In this document: positions 46,096 through 56,109 of the stretch, piece after piece
How the letters are laid out: each line of letters begins with the position of its first letter
How positions within the stretch are numbered: position 1 is the first letter of the stretch
Virus record (IMG/VR): IMGVR_UViG_3300029267_003207
Reading direction: 5' to 3' (one strand)
DNA from: a virus
Lineage: Duplodnaviria; Heunggongvirae; Uroviricota; Caudoviricetes
Length of the DNA stretch: 64,000 nucleotides
The notes under the pieces: model-generated
Databases searched by the model: none
Seen by the model: the letters and a program-made list of their open reading frames with translations, nothing else
Told to the model about the DNA's origin: nothing
Made by a program: the position numbers and the translations under genes

Positions 46096-46121
46096 GTGTG
46101 AAGCTCCTCTCCACACTTAGT
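46096..46121 (-). terminator. hairpin, possible intra-operon terminator
   Basis: taagtgtg-gagaggagcttc-cacactta on the minus strand, followed by tcttcttatt. Confidence 0.3.
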
Positions 46122-46137
46122 CAGGGACAGAGGAATA

Positions 46138-46623
46138 TTAACCAGAGACAGTATATGTCACCTTGATTGTGTCACCATTAGATGTTGAAACTGTGCTTGA
46201 GAAAGCTGCGGTTGACCAGAGCGTTCCTGAAGTACCATCCTTTGTGTTATTGGTACAAACGAAGATACCTTTCAATGTGGCCGTGTCGTTAATACTAAAA
46301 TTGGTAGTGTTAGCATTTGTTACTTGTCGAGAAGCAGCCGATCCAGCATCCCATTCAGGTCTACCAGATTCAGTATAAACATTACATTCACTCCAACCAG
46401 AGTGGCTTGACATCGTGTCGTCGTTACTAAACTCGGTCCAACCAGAGTTGTCCACAAGGCCCATATACCATGTAGATGTTTGCGAACTTCCGTTAAAACC
46501 GGCATCAAGAAGATATTCCATACCCTCGTCAACGATACCGTTCGGAAATTCATACGTCCCAATCTGCTCACCGTTTTTGTTGTAATGTTCTACGGTGAAA
46601 AAACCTTTTACGTTTGTCTTCAT
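46138..46623 (-). CDS. tail protein downstream of the tape measure
   Basis: 161-aa S/T-rich protein whose start overlaps the end of the tape-measure gene. Confidence 0.4.
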   Translation of the reverse strand: MKTNVKGFFTVEHYNKNGEQIGTYEFPNGIVDEGMEYLLDAGFNGSSQTSTWYMGLVDNSGWTEFSNDDTMSSHSGWSECNVYTESGRPEWDAGSAASRQVTNANTTNFSINDTATLKGIFVCTNNTKDGTSGTLWSTAAFSSTVSTSNGDTIKVTYTVSG

Positions 46624-49600
46624 AGTTTAATTGTACCTCTTCTAATTTCTCGTTTTAGTTCTGACGCGATACTTCGCACCGTTTGTCTTTCAGTTTCTTG
46701 TTGATTTACATGTACGTGTATGTCACCGATTGTTGTGTTTCCACCTTCACTGTGGTAAGAAGGTTTGGCACCAGAATTCATGGCGACCAATTCGGAATAA
46801 AACTTTCTAGTGGCATCGGCATTTACTACAAATTCACCCTTTGATAGCTGAGCAGGTATCGTGTCTTGTCCACGATTAGAGCCGCCCGCCGCGAAATATT
46901 TACCATATCTAGCTTTAGATGCGGCTGATGCCTGTTGTGCTGCCAGCAAAGCTTCTTCAGCGGCCCCTTTTAATTGCTTCATTAAGCCAATAGCTGTTCG
47001 AATAGCAGGATAAATAGTGGCCACAGCTCTCGGCCAAGAGCCAATTGCTCTTGCGACTGATCCTATTGCACCCATCATGGTCCCAAAATTTCTTAAAACC
47101 GAGCTTATTGCCTTTGAGAAATTACTAGCGAGTGATGTTGCAGTTTCAGTTATTTTATCCTTAACTGGGTTGAAAGCATCCCCTATTTTTTTAACTTCTG
47201 GCGGAACTTTATTTATATTAGGGATGAAGCGATCTATTAAAGCAGTGGATGCTTCTCCTATTTTTGTAGCTATTTGACTAATTTGTTCACTTAAATTAGA
47301 TAAATCTGGTGGTTGAAATTCTCCAACCCGTTGAAAGTTATCTGCCAGTAACCCTGAAGTTTCTGACATTGAGTACAAGCTTTCGGCAACAACAGGCAGA
47401 AGTGTGCTTAATTGAATTGCCGCTTGTGTGAAAGTAACAATCCCAGTTGGATTTATAGATGCTATTCCTTGAACCAAACCAGCTAAAGGACCAGAAACTA
47501 TTGCAGTGATCTGGCTATTTAATTCAGACATAACAATAGACACACTACCAATAGCTGCTCTTGACTGAGTTGCAAAGTTTACTAGTGGCTGAGAAATATT
47601 TGTCTGATTTACAGTTTGTAGACCGGATTTTAAATTGCCGAGTTGTGTTTTTGTGTTTGTCGTGGCGTTGGAAAAATTGTCAAGTGGCTGACTTATATTT
47701 GTCGTTGCTGTTGTATTCAACCGACTATTCACTTGGTCTACTTTACCGGGTAGTACTCCTATTTTACTATTCACACCATCGAGACTAGTACTAACTTGAG
47801 TGAAGCCACTATTCAGCGCAGTAGTTGTAGTAGTAGCTTGTTGCGTTCCAGTAGTTAAACCTTGAATTTTGTCTTGTTGTTGTTGTTGTAAATGCAAACC
47901 AGCTTGCACGGAGCCGTTATAATTATTCTGCGCACCTGCTAGCAGATTAGCTTGTGTAGTTACAGCTTTAAGTTTTTCATATTCCTCGCTTGTTAGCTGC
48001 CCACTTAACCTTAAATGAGTCACAGATTTTTCTAAGACTTTAAGATCAAATAGTTTTATTGGCTCTCCGCTTCTAAGAGAAGCTTGAATCCGCATTGATG
48101 CCTCTTGAGCCATAGCCATAAGTTGATCTATGTTCTCTTTTCCTTTTATGGCTATTTGGTCAAAGTTGCCATAATCTACATTTAATTTAATGGCGGGCAA
48201 ATTATTCAACCCAGCAAGAGTTTCATTCCATTTGCTACGGACCTCTTTGAATTGTGTCTCAAGAGATTGTGTTAATTGCTTATTTTCAGCGATTTTTTTC
48301 TGGAAGTTATTATATTCCGTAAACGCGGCTCTTAGTGAATCCGCACTAAGGTCTAGTTCACTGGTGATAATTCCTTGAGACTCTAATTTTCTAATAAAAG
48401 CTATGAAATCCTGTCCAGCTTTTTCACCCTCCATTTCAACTATTAATCTATAGGCATCTCCGATTTGCTTTTTTATGCTCGCATCTATTTTTTTCCCAGC
48501 TTGTTCTTCCAAGAATGTTCTTACTTCTATTAGGTAGTCTCTCTTATTTAGAGCAGCGTACACTAAGTCTGGATTCACTTTAAATAGCAGCTCCCACTCT
48601 TTTTGGGATATACTATCTATTTGACGTATAACATCGTCTAACTCCCTTGTAATGCTCTCTATCGCGGCATCACGTTGAGTTTTTGACATATCCCCAAGCT
48701 CTTGAATAGCTTCGATGGAGTTCTTTTTCACTGCATCCGCCGCAGCTATAAGCTTTTTATAGTCTAATGTCGCCATTTTACCGGCAACACTGTTTAAAGT
48801 TTTCTGTGTGTTTTGCGCGGAAGTTTCAAATACTTTGGCAGAATTTTGCAACTCTCCATGAAGTCTAACAGCTTGCGATTGAAAACTTTTTGCCAAGTTG
48901 GTTTTTCCTTGGTCTTGAAGTTTTATTGTTTCACGGGTTAATTTTTTAAAACTTGAAATACCTTTTGAATACGCCTCTTCAGCCGCTTTAGAGTCTGGTG
49001 GATTCGAATTAAATTCATCAACAGCATCATTGAAATCCTTTAAGGCGTAGCTTGCCTCTAATTGTGTTTTTCGCCACCCATCTAATTTTGAAAGTTCAAG
49101 AGACCTTTGATATTCTACCATGGCATCCTTGCCTTTTTGCATCATACCATTAAGTTTTTCCAACGCTGTCTTCGGCCTTTCAAAAGCTTCAGTTAAAGCT
49201 TCCTGCATTGATTTAGCTTCACCTGAAACAGAGCCTTCAAGACTTTCTACTTCTATTACAATTTCATTGATTGCTCTGCCGACACTGTCCGGCGCAGCAT
49301 CCCATGCTCTTGACCAAGCCGCAATTATTTGTAAACTAGACTCTGTTTCTGATTTAAATGAAGCCCAATATTGTTTCCATTGTCTTGCTCTCGTTATTTC
49401 CTCCTGAGTTCTTTGGAATTGCTGCAATTCAGCATTGAATCCAGTTAAGCTACTAGCTGCATCTGAAGAAGCTTTCTCAAAAAAGCGGACAATCTCCACC
49501 ACTATTTTAATTCCTGGCGCAATCGCCCATAAATAATCAGCAACAAATTCTAACGCCGGTTTTAGAATTGTGTATATACCATGAGCTATTCCAGCTATGG

Positions 49601-51314
49601 CTAGAACCACTCTCTTACTTCCAGTCAAAAGAATATTCATAGCAGTTGCAACAGTTTTTATGACGAATGCTGCCGACTTGAACTGCATTAAATAATCGTG
49701 TAGGGATACAAAGGCATTATATACAGACATAACGCCAGCTTTCATTGTGACCCAAACTGCTTCAAATGTTCCAGATACAACATTTAAAGCTTTTTCTACT
49801 AGTGGAACCGAATCTACGAAGCTACTCCAAGAAGTAGAAAGAGATTCTATTGCGCCCTTGGTATTTTCTATTGTCGCAGACAAAGCGTCTACGGACATTT
49901 CGGACGCTTCCCGTTTAATTTTTTGAAAATAGCCGTACCCCTTTTCAAGGGCCGATATCATGTTGTTGATGACTTCAACAACACTAGTGAAACCTTTTAC
50001 TAAAGCGGTTACAAATGGAATAAACTCTTTAGCCAGGGCTATCATAGAGTTTTTCATTTCATTGTAAGCCAAAGATAATTGTCTCGCTGGAGATTGAGAC
50101 ATTTTATCTAATGCTTCATTTAAGAAATCAGCTTCGTCCCTGATAGCTTTAAGAGTTTCTGCATACATTCGTCCTTCTTTTGTGTTGATGGCAAGAGCAC
50201 CCGCCATAGAACGGACTCGGGTGAACAATTTTGCCATCTCGACCGACGAACCGCCCGTTTCTTCGGTAAGCTTTTGGATGACACCACCAAGACCACCAAA
50301 AGTTTCAATAGCCTGCTGACCAGTTTCAACGCCCCATTTGCGAAAGATTGCTTCCATCTCTTCAGATGGTTTTACCAATTTCAAGAAGACACCGCGTAGC
50401 TGAGTTATTGAAACGTTGGCTTTTGTACCTTGTCTCGTCATTGTAGCGAGAGCGGCCATCACCTCTTCAAAAGAGATACCTAAAGCATGGGCCAATGGAT
50501 AGACTTTACCAAGGCTATTAGCCATTTCGCCAAGACGTAATCGACCGAGTTCAACAGTTTTGGCCAGTTTGCTAGAGATCTCATATGCTGTTCCAGCTTC
50601 TTGGCCATAAACATTTAATACTGATGAAAGAGCATTTACAGCATCACCTGTTGAGGAGGCTGTAACAGTGGCTAGACCTTGCGCAGTGGCTAGAAATTCA
50701 AAAGATTCGCCTGCTTCGACTACTTGGTTAGATAGTGTTTGATATAGACCTTCAGCAGTGACCTGTGCTGATTTTCCAAACGCATTAGATAATTCTATGA
50801 CTTTTGAGGTTAATGCATCATAGCTTCCAAGCATATTTTGCCCGATAGTTTGAACTTCGGCCAAGGCGTTTCCTAGTTCGACGGCGGATGTAAAAGCTTC
50901 TCGAAAAGCAGATATAACAGCACTTACAGCTCGGAAAGCTAATTGTCCAACTAGTATACCACCAACAAGTGTTGCGGCCTTGCCTAAGGCTGATATGCCT
51001 TTTGAAGCTTTTCCTGCTGAACCGTGCATATGGCCAAGACTTTTATGTGCCGTATCGACACGGGTTTTTAATCTGCTTACAGATTGTTCTGCTCTAGCAG
51101 AATTACTTCCGATTGATTTTGTAGCTTGGCTTGCTTTATTGGCATTAGCAGCATAAGAAGCAAGAGCACCACTTTGAAGCGCGGCATTAACTCTTTTGGC
51201 AGAAGCAGCTAGCTTATCGAGAGCAACAGCGCAACTTTTTAAAGACTTATTTAGCTTATTGATAGTTGCGATAGCTTGAGAAGCATCAAAATTGAATTTT
51301 TGTGAAAAATCCAT
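46620..51314 (-). CDS. tail tape measure protein (1564 aa)
   Basis: Long alpha-helical protein rich in A, L, Q, S and G, with a TMP-core-like N-terminal region (..GKASKGISALGKAATLVGGILVGQ..). Confidence 0.85.
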   Translation of the reverse strand: MDFSQKFNFDASQAIATINKLNKSLKSCAVALDKLAASAKRVNAALQSGALASYAANANKASQATKSIGSNSARAEQSVSRLKTRVDTAHKSLGHMHGSAGKASKGISALGKAATLVGGILVGQLAFRAVSAVISAFREAFTSAVELGNALAEVQTIGQNMLGSYDALTSKVIELSNAFGKSAQVTAEGLYQTLSNQVVEAGESFEFLATAQGLATVTASSTGDAVNALSSVLNVYGQEAGTAYEISSKLAKTVELGRLRLGEMANSLGKVYPLAHALGISFEEVMAALATMTRQGTKANVSITQLRGVFLKLVKPSEEMEAIFRKWGVETGQQAIETFGGLGGVIQKLTEETGGSSVEMAKLFTRVRSMAGALAINTKEGRMYAETLKAIRDEADFLNEALDKMSQSPARQLSLAYNEMKNSMIALAKEFIPFVTALVKGFTSVVEVINNMISALEKGYGYFQKIKREASEMSVDALSATIENTKGAIESLSTSWSSFVDSVPLVEKALNVVSGTFEAVWVTMKAGVMSVYNAFVSLHDYLMQFKSAAFVIKTVATAMNILLTGSKRVVLAIAGIAHGIYTILKPALEFVADYLWAIAPGIKIVVEIVRFFEKASSDAASSLTGFNAELQQFQRTQEEITRARQWKQYWASFKSETESSLQIIAAWSRAWDAAPDSVGRAINEIVIEVESLEGSVSGEAKSMQEALTEAFERPKTALEKLNGMMQKGKDAMVEYQRSLELSKLDGWRKTQLEASYALKDFNDAVDEFNSNPPDSKAAEEAYSKGISSFKKLTRETIKLQDQGKTNLAKSFQSQAVRLHGELQNSAKVFETSAQNTQKTLNSVAGKMATLDYKKLIAAADAVKKNSIEAIQELGDMSKTQRDAAIESITRELDDVIRQIDSISQKEWELLFKVNPDLVYAALNKRDYLIEVRTFLEEQAGKKIDASIKKQIGDAYRLIVEMEGEKAGQDFIAFIRKLESQGIITSELDLSADSLRAAFTEYNNFQKKIAENKQLTQSLETQFKEVRSKWNETLAGLNNLPAIKLNVDYGNFDQIAIKGKENIDQLMAMAQEASMRIQASLRSGEPIKLFDLKVLEKSVTHLRLSGQLTSEEYEKLKAVTTQANLLAGAQNNYNGSVQAGLHLQQQQQDKIQGLTTGTQQATTTTTALNSGFTQVSTSLDGVNSKIGVLPGKVDQVNSRLNTTATTNISQPLDNFSNATTNTKTQLGNLKSGLQTVNQTNISQPLVNFATQSRAAIGSVSIVMSELNSQITAIVSGPLAGLVQGIASINPTGIVTFTQAAIQLSTLLPVVAESLYSMSETSGLLADNFQRVGEFQPPDLSNLSEQISQIATKIGEASTALIDRFIPNINKVPPEVKKIGDAFNPVKDKITETATSLASNFSKAISSVLRNFGTMMGAIGSVARAIGSWPRAVATIYPAIRTAIGLMKQLKGAAEEALLAAQQASAASKARYGKYFAAGGSNRGQDTIPAQLSKGEFVVNADATRKFYSELVAMNSGAKPSYHSEGGNTTIGDIHVHVNQQETERQTVRSIASELKREIRRGTIKL

Positions 51315-51316
51315 AA

Positions 51317-51841
51317 TTAGACCTTTATCCGTCTAGCGGTCATAGCTATCGATGGATTTGGTAAAGTGATTTTTAGTTCTTCCACTGCTTTTTTACCTCT
51401 ATCTTCGATTCGGTATGGCCCTGGATTTTTCAAGCCTTTTGGACTAATAATATTATTATTAGCCGGAGCCTGTTCTCTTGGGATATATTGCTGAGCTCCA
51501 AAATTATTTATGATGAAATACTGTAAACTTGTACCCCATTCAAAATAAAACTTGCCAGAACTTTCGTTTATTGATACTTTGGCCGAACTTTCTTTTCTAC
51601 CTAGAGGTTTTCTATTCTTGTAAGATTTTTGCGGGCCATATTCAATAACCATATCTCCTAATCTGGCAAGTTTTTCAAAAGTAGCTCTGGAAGCACCAGA
51701 CCAAGTTGGAACAACTTCAATAGAAGCTTTTAGCCAAGCTCGAATAGCCTCTTTGAGCTTTGCTGTCATATATTTGGCAAGCTCTTTCTTATACCTGTTT
51801 GCGTCCAGTTTTGGCGCTTCCAGTAGGCACGTCACTTTCAT
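51317..51841 (-). CDS. hypothetical tail protein
   Basis: 174-aa ORF lying between the chaperone and the tape measure. Confidence 0.35.
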   Translation of the reverse strand: MKVTCLLEAPKLDANRYKKELAKYMTAKLKEAIRAWLKASIEVVPTWSGASRATFEKLARLGDMVIEYGPQKSYKNRKPLGRKESSAKVSINESSGKFYFEWGTSLQYFIINNFGAQQYIPREQAPANNNIISPKGLKNPGPYRIEDRGKKAVEELKITLPNPSIAMTARRIKV

Positions 51842-51934
51842 CGTGTACTCTTACTTGGTCAAAAGCTAAAATTTTTGCCTGTATATGAACAGGGCATGAG
51901 TCCCAGGAATCTTTTACTCCTGGGGGTTTTATTC

Positions 51935-52462
51935 CTAGTCGTTCGCAGGCGCGCCAGATGGCGTACTCTCCTGTTCTGAACTTTGGGAATAAGTATTTTC
52001 TTGCAGCGCCTGCTCCTCCCCAAGCAAAAAACTTTTTCGCGCCTCCTCAAGTTTTGTTTCGTCGAGGGCATTAGCTTGCAGTACAAGTTGCTGGATACGT
52101 CCGAGTTCAAATTCACTGAACCCAGCCTCCTTAAATTCATCTTGCCATTTCATCCAAGTTCGCGGATTGTTGATATCCACTTCAGACCATTCAATCTCGC
52201 TCGGCTCCAACGAGACAACAACCAAGTAAGCAAAACGTTTTTGGTCATACTGTTCTTTTGCTTGGCGATAAGTTGGATCGTTTTCATTCTCCTTAAAACC
52301 ATCTTTCGTTCTATAACCAGGTGCCTTAGGTAGGGGCACCAAAGCGTCGAATTCATCGAAAGATTTTAGGGCTGTTGCCCGAAAGACAATGTTTTGATCC
52401 TTTCGAGGAAGAACAAGAATTTCCTCATTAGGTCCATTAACTTCGATACCATTGATACGCAT
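51935..52462 (-). CDS. tail assembly chaperone (gpG-like)
   Basis: Its position between the major tail protein and the tape measure, an acidic C-terminus, and an internal slippery heptamer. Confidence 0.45.
   Translation of the reverse strand: MRINGIEVNGPNEEILVLPRKDQNIVFRATALKSFDEFDALVPLPKAPGYRTKDGFKENENDPTYRQAKEQYDQKRFAYLVVVSLEPSEIEWSEVDINNPRTWMKWQDEFKEAGFSEFELGRIQQLVLQANALDETKLEEARKSFLLGEEQALQENTYSQSSEQESTPSGAPAND
52025..52031 (-). other. candidate -1 programmed frameshift site (U UUU UUG) in the tail chaperone gene
   Basis: On the minus strand the codons agt ttt ttg give the heptamer T_TTT_TTG in the zero frame. The -1 frame then stays open for ~60 codons, to about 51795. Confidence 0.3.
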
Positions 52463-52493
52463 TCTACTCTGTTCCTTTTAAAATAAGAAGAAA

Positions 52494-52514
52494 TGTGCCC
52501 TCTGTTAGAGGGCA
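52494..52514 (-). terminator. rho-independent terminator after the major tail protein gene
   Basis: gtgccctc-tgtta-gagggcac has an 8-bp stem and is followed on the minus strand by atttcttcttatttt. Confidence 0.5.
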
Positions 52515-52526
52515 CGGTTATTAAGT

Positions 52527-53282
52527 TTACGAGCACTCGTCAGCGTCACTTCGTGTGGCATTAACTGTGCTAATGTTACAGCGACCAGATACGGAAATAG
52601 TTGCGTCGCCAACATTATACTCAAGCGATTCCCATCGGAAATCGTTGAACATAAATACATCGTCCTCAGTTGTTCCGCAAGACTGGCAACGGTAAACAAC
52701 TAAGTCAACAGCGTATGGTTCACATGTGTCCTCTGAGGACGTGATCCATTCAGACGCATTACCAGTTTTTCGCAAAGCATCACCGACGGTGATATCTTCA
52801 CCTGTTCCAGCCGTGACATGTTCAAACATGAAGTCTAGAGAAATTTCAACAGGCTGCTCGTCACCTTCTCGAACAGTGTCCAAGTTTCCTCGGTCGAGAA
52901 CATACTCGTATTCTTTAGCTTCAGTCCAAGTTAGGTTTCCTTCGCCAACCTTAACTTCAACTTGCTGCGAGGTAAAGGTAATCACGTCATCCGTGGCCGG
53001 TGCATTAGCCGTCCAAGCGGGCGTGAATGTAATACAAGTAGTAGGGCCAGTCGAAGCGGGATCACGACCAGTAACTGTATACGTGGTTGAGTTGTTTGCC
53101 GTGTTGACAGTAAACCGAGCACCGACAGGAACCAAATTAGTTGTTGTTGCTTCTGGGATGTTTACTGTGTTAATATTGACCGTAGTATCGTTGGCATCCG
53201 GTGCTGCTGTCTCAATTACAGCATTACCAGTTGTACCATCTCGAAAATAGATAGTGGTATCTCGCAGTTCAATAGCTGCCAT
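52527..53282 (-). CDS. putative major tail protein
   Basis: 251-aa T/N-rich beta-type protein. Placement upstream of the chaperone and tape measure, plus terminators on both sides, implies high expression. Confidence 0.45.
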   Translation of the reverse strand: MAAIELRDTTIYFRDGTTGNAVIETAAPDANDTTVNINTVNIPEATTTNLVPVGARFTVNTANNSTTYTVTGRDPASTGPTTCITFTPAWTANAPATDDVITFTSQQVEVKVGEGNLTWTEAKEYEYVLDRGNLDTVREGDEQPVEISLDFMFEHVTAGTGEDITVGDALRKTGNASEWITSSEDTCEPYAVDLVVYRCQSCGTTEDDVFMFNDFRWESLEYNVGDATISVSGRCNISTVNATRSDADECS

Positions 53283-53283
53283 T

Positions 53284-53766
53284 TTATTCTCCTAGTGTTG
53301 TTGTCATCTCAAAAGTGGCATCAATCTCAGCTTGATGCACACGCGTTTCATTTAGTGCTGTTCCAAAATCAAAGAATTTTATCTCATTGTTCCGATCTAA
53401 CTTGACCCTAAGACAATCAATAAAACTCCCATCATCACCATACTTATAAATATTTATTGGGGTGTCCATTGCATTCATAAACAAGCCGCCCCATTCGTTC
53501 AATGTATATGCATCCCCATTCATTTCCATAAAGTCGGTCAACAAAATATTAACGATTACAGTTAATTTCCACGTCCCTTTGCTTGTTTGACGTATATATG
53601 GTCCTTGAATTCTTAGCTCCGAATGATTTGCCTGCATGGTGGCATCTTTACGCTCGTCCACTGCTTCAACAAACATTGGAATTGAGTTGGCGTTAGCAAT
53701 ATCAGTAAAATATTTAATTAGCGACGCCCTTACCCATTTAACTAAATTCGCGGAAACACTTGACAT
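53284..53766 (-). CDS. head-tail joining / tail completion-like protein
   Basis: 160-aa ORF, called by position only. Confidence 0.3.
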   Translation of the reverse strand: MSSVSANLVKWVRASLIKYFTDIANANSIPMFVEAVDERKDATMQANHSELRIQGPYIRQTSKGTWKLTVIVNILLTDFMEMNGDAYTLNEWGGLFMNAMDTPINIYKYGDDGSFIDCLRVKLDRNNEIKFFDFGTALNETRVHQAEIDATFEMTTTLGE

Positions 53767-54383
53767 TATATTTTCTCATAAGAGTTAGCGTCAGAGATAC
53801 CAAGAGAACTAGTGACAGTTCTTTCAGCCTCTTTATTTTCGGACTCAGAATCAGAGAGAACGATAGAACTAGTAATAGTTCTTTCTGCCTCTTTGTTTTC
53901 TGACCCGTCGCCACTAATAGACATTGAATCAGATGTACTTAAAGCTACTTCTAAATCAGCAGACGCGCCAATTATTCTTTTCAACCCTAAAACCCAACCA
54001 GCGTGATATTCAAGCTCTTCGACTCCGGTAATTTCATATCGCTCATTCTCAATGAGAATCCAATCATCCATTGACAGCTCAAAGTATGTGGGCACATCTC
54101 TAATATCAATCACAATTATTTTAGAGCCCACGTCAAAAGTTGCACCAAAAATAAACATTTTATTAGCTGACATCATAGGTAGTTTGTAGTCAGTCTTCCT
54201 GCCAATATTTGTAGGAAGAAGAATAGCTTTGTTTATTTTTGTTCTAGAGCAAGTATAACTTTTCGCGCCTGTTATGTAGTTGGTGCTTGCAGTTATATTT
54301 TGGCACACTGTTATTGTATCTCCATATTGCTTTTTCAAGCTATAAAGAACTTGTCGATATGTTCTTTGGAGATTTCTATTCAC
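53766..54383 (-). CDS. head-tail joining protein
   Basis: 205-aa ORF, called by position only. Confidence 0.3.
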   Translation of the reverse strand: MNRNLQRTYRQVLYSLKKQYGDTITVCQNITASTNYITGAKSYTCSRTKINKAILLPTNIGRKTDYKLPMMSANKMFIFGATFDVGSKIIVIDIRDVPTYFELSMDDWILIENERYEITGVEELEYHAGWVLGLKRIIGASADLEVALSTSDSMSISGDGSENKEAERTITSSIVLSDSESENKEAERTVTSSLGISDANSYEKI

Positions 54384-54636
54384 TTAATTTTCCTTTTACG
54401 ATCTGATCAAAAAGCTGATTAGTGAACTTTAGTTGTTGTGTATTTTGCGCAAGAACGTCAGTTGTTCTCTCAACTAAAGCTGCTAGCGTCTCTCTTTGAT
54501 AGTCTTCCATTTTTTCTAGTTTTTGTGATAATAAATCTTCTCTACGCCAATCACGCCAAATGAAAAATAGCAAAAGACCTAAGACCGGTCCTAATCCCTG
54601 GAAAATTTGTAGCCAAGTAGTACCATCCCAATTCAT
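54376..54636 (-). CDS. small membrane protein
   Basis: One TM helix, GLGPVLGLLLFFIW. Confidence 0.4.
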   Translation of the reverse strand: MNWDGTTWLQIFQGLGPVLGLLLFFIWRDWRREDLLSQKLEKMEDYQRETLAALVERTTDVLAQNTQQLKFTNQLFDQIVKGKLSE

Positions 54637-54654
54637 GCTACCTCCTAAAAAATA

Positions 54655-54680
54655 AAGCCCGCCCGTATGGGCGGGCTTTT
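54655..54680. terminator. strong bidirectional rho-independent terminator after the major capsid gene
   Basis: gcccgccc-gtat-gggcgggc is an 8-bp GC stem flanked by T-runs on both strands (minus: tttattttttagg). Confidence 0.65.
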
Positions 54681-54702
54681 GGGTTTCAGTTTTTAGGAGT
54701 GT

Positions 54703-56100
54703 TTAGCTCCAGAGAATACAGCCAAGGCTTGTATTAAGAACCTTGACACCGGCAAGCAGGTCGAGCGTAACCCGAGTACCCTGATAGCTAATGTCGTACT
54801 GCATCGTTGCACGCATCGCGAGATCGTTGTAAGCGGCCAAGCCGGATTGCACACCAAGTGCGTTTCCAGGAAGTGCTAGTGGACGACAAACAAGAGCCAT
54901 AGCATGCGGATGGAATGCAAGGTTGTGACCACCAGATGGGCCCATAAAGGCATCGTCATTATCAGAAACATTTGCCGAAAGCGGACGATCAAGCCAGACA
55001 TCGTAAGCGCTTGCATTAGAAGAATTCACATATGTCTGAATAATCGTGTATGTATGGCGACTAGAACCAGTACCAAATGAAACAATTTGCCCAGCTTGTG
55101 GCGGTTTGTTGTAGCCATCGAAAGTGAGGGCTTTATCGTAACCAGAAGTGAAATCGCCCTGAACTGCACACTTCTTAAAGATTCGGCAAACAGCGTTTGC
55201 ATCACAGCCATGAACAAAGTTCGGGCTTACCGTGATACCTTCAGTCGTGCTGTTACCGGTTGCAACACTGTTGAGCGTCATTGCGTGGCCTTCACCAGCA
55301 ATCCAGATATACTCTCCGGCGGTTGCTTCATAGTTAGCGTCAGTGTTAATGGCAAAGTTCACAGAACCGTTACCTGCGGCCTGCGCTGCATCAATATTGC
55401 CAGATTGATAGTCGGCCGAACCCAAGCTAACATCACCAGTGTTTTGGTCCATGTATGTATTGAAGCCAAGAACACGTCCGAGCATCGCTTCTTCAAGAGC
55501 CGTACCGTCGTCACCACGTTGATTGGCTGCGGTAAAGAGTTCCGTATTAAGCATGTGCGTTTCCGCACTTGGGCAGAGAACCAAATTGCGATTCTCCATT
55601 GGAACGTTGTTGTTGTTAAGCTTTTCGCGGGCGTCGAGCATGTAACCCTTAGCCAACGTGCTATTCATCGTTTCAAGCTTTCCGGCATAGTTGGTAAGGA
55701 ATTGAGGCGTCTGACCAATGAGAACACGATCAATTCCGCGAGCCATTGCCCTGGCAGCAGGAGTGATATGGACATCAACAAGGTCTTGGAAAGACTTAGA
55801 TGCTTCCTCGTCCTTAATAATAAAGTTGACATACATATGCTGGTCAAGAGGAACAGCAACATTTGTCAGGCTTGCATCTTGCGATGTAACCGTATCGCTT
55901 TGAGCCTTACGGTAGAACTTGAAATCACCGGGAACTCTAGTATTTACAACATCACCATAGTTGGCAACATCCATTTCAAAATCCCGGTAAACCAGTCGAG
56001 ACATAACCATGTTCTCTTCTAACTGGATTAGACCTTCTTGTGCCCAAATCTCAGGGACCAAGGCATCATTGTCGTTAGCATAAAATCGAAAATTAAGCAT
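54703..56100 (-). CDS. major capsid protein
   Basis: 465-aa ORF directly after the scaffold gene and before a strong terminator. The call rests on position, as the fold cannot be verified. Confidence 0.6.
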   Translation of the reverse strand: MLNFRFYANDNDALVPEIWAQEGLIQLEENMVMSRLVYRDFEMDVANYGDVVNTRVPGDFKFYRKAQSDTVTSQDASLTNVAVPLDQHMYVNFIIKDEEASKSFQDLVDVHITPAARAMARGIDRVLIGQTPQFLTNYAGKLETMNSTLAKGYMLDAREKLNNNNVPMENRNLVLCPSAETHMLNTELFTAANQRGDDGTALEEAMLGRVLGFNTYMDQNTGDVSLGSADYQSGNIDAAQAAGNGSVNFAINTDANYEATAGEYIWIAGEGHAMTLNSVATGNSTTEGITVSPNFVHGCDANAVCRIFKKCAVQGDFTSGYDKALTFDGYNKPPQAGQIVSFGTGSSRHTYTIIQTYVNSSNASAYDVWLDRPLSANVSDNDDAFMGPSGGHNLAFHPHAMALVCRPLALPGNALGVQSGLAAYNDLAMRATMQYDISYQGTRVTLDLLAGVKVLNTSLGCILWS

Positions 56101-56109
56101 TTTTGCTCC

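Noticed and set aside
51859-52140. The 93-aa arginine-rich ORF in the +1 frame overlapping the tail chaperone
   Set aside because: It has very low complexity (R/K-rich), and the canonical slippery heptamer in the chaperone frame predicts a -1 shift, not +1. It is probably a non-coding frame.
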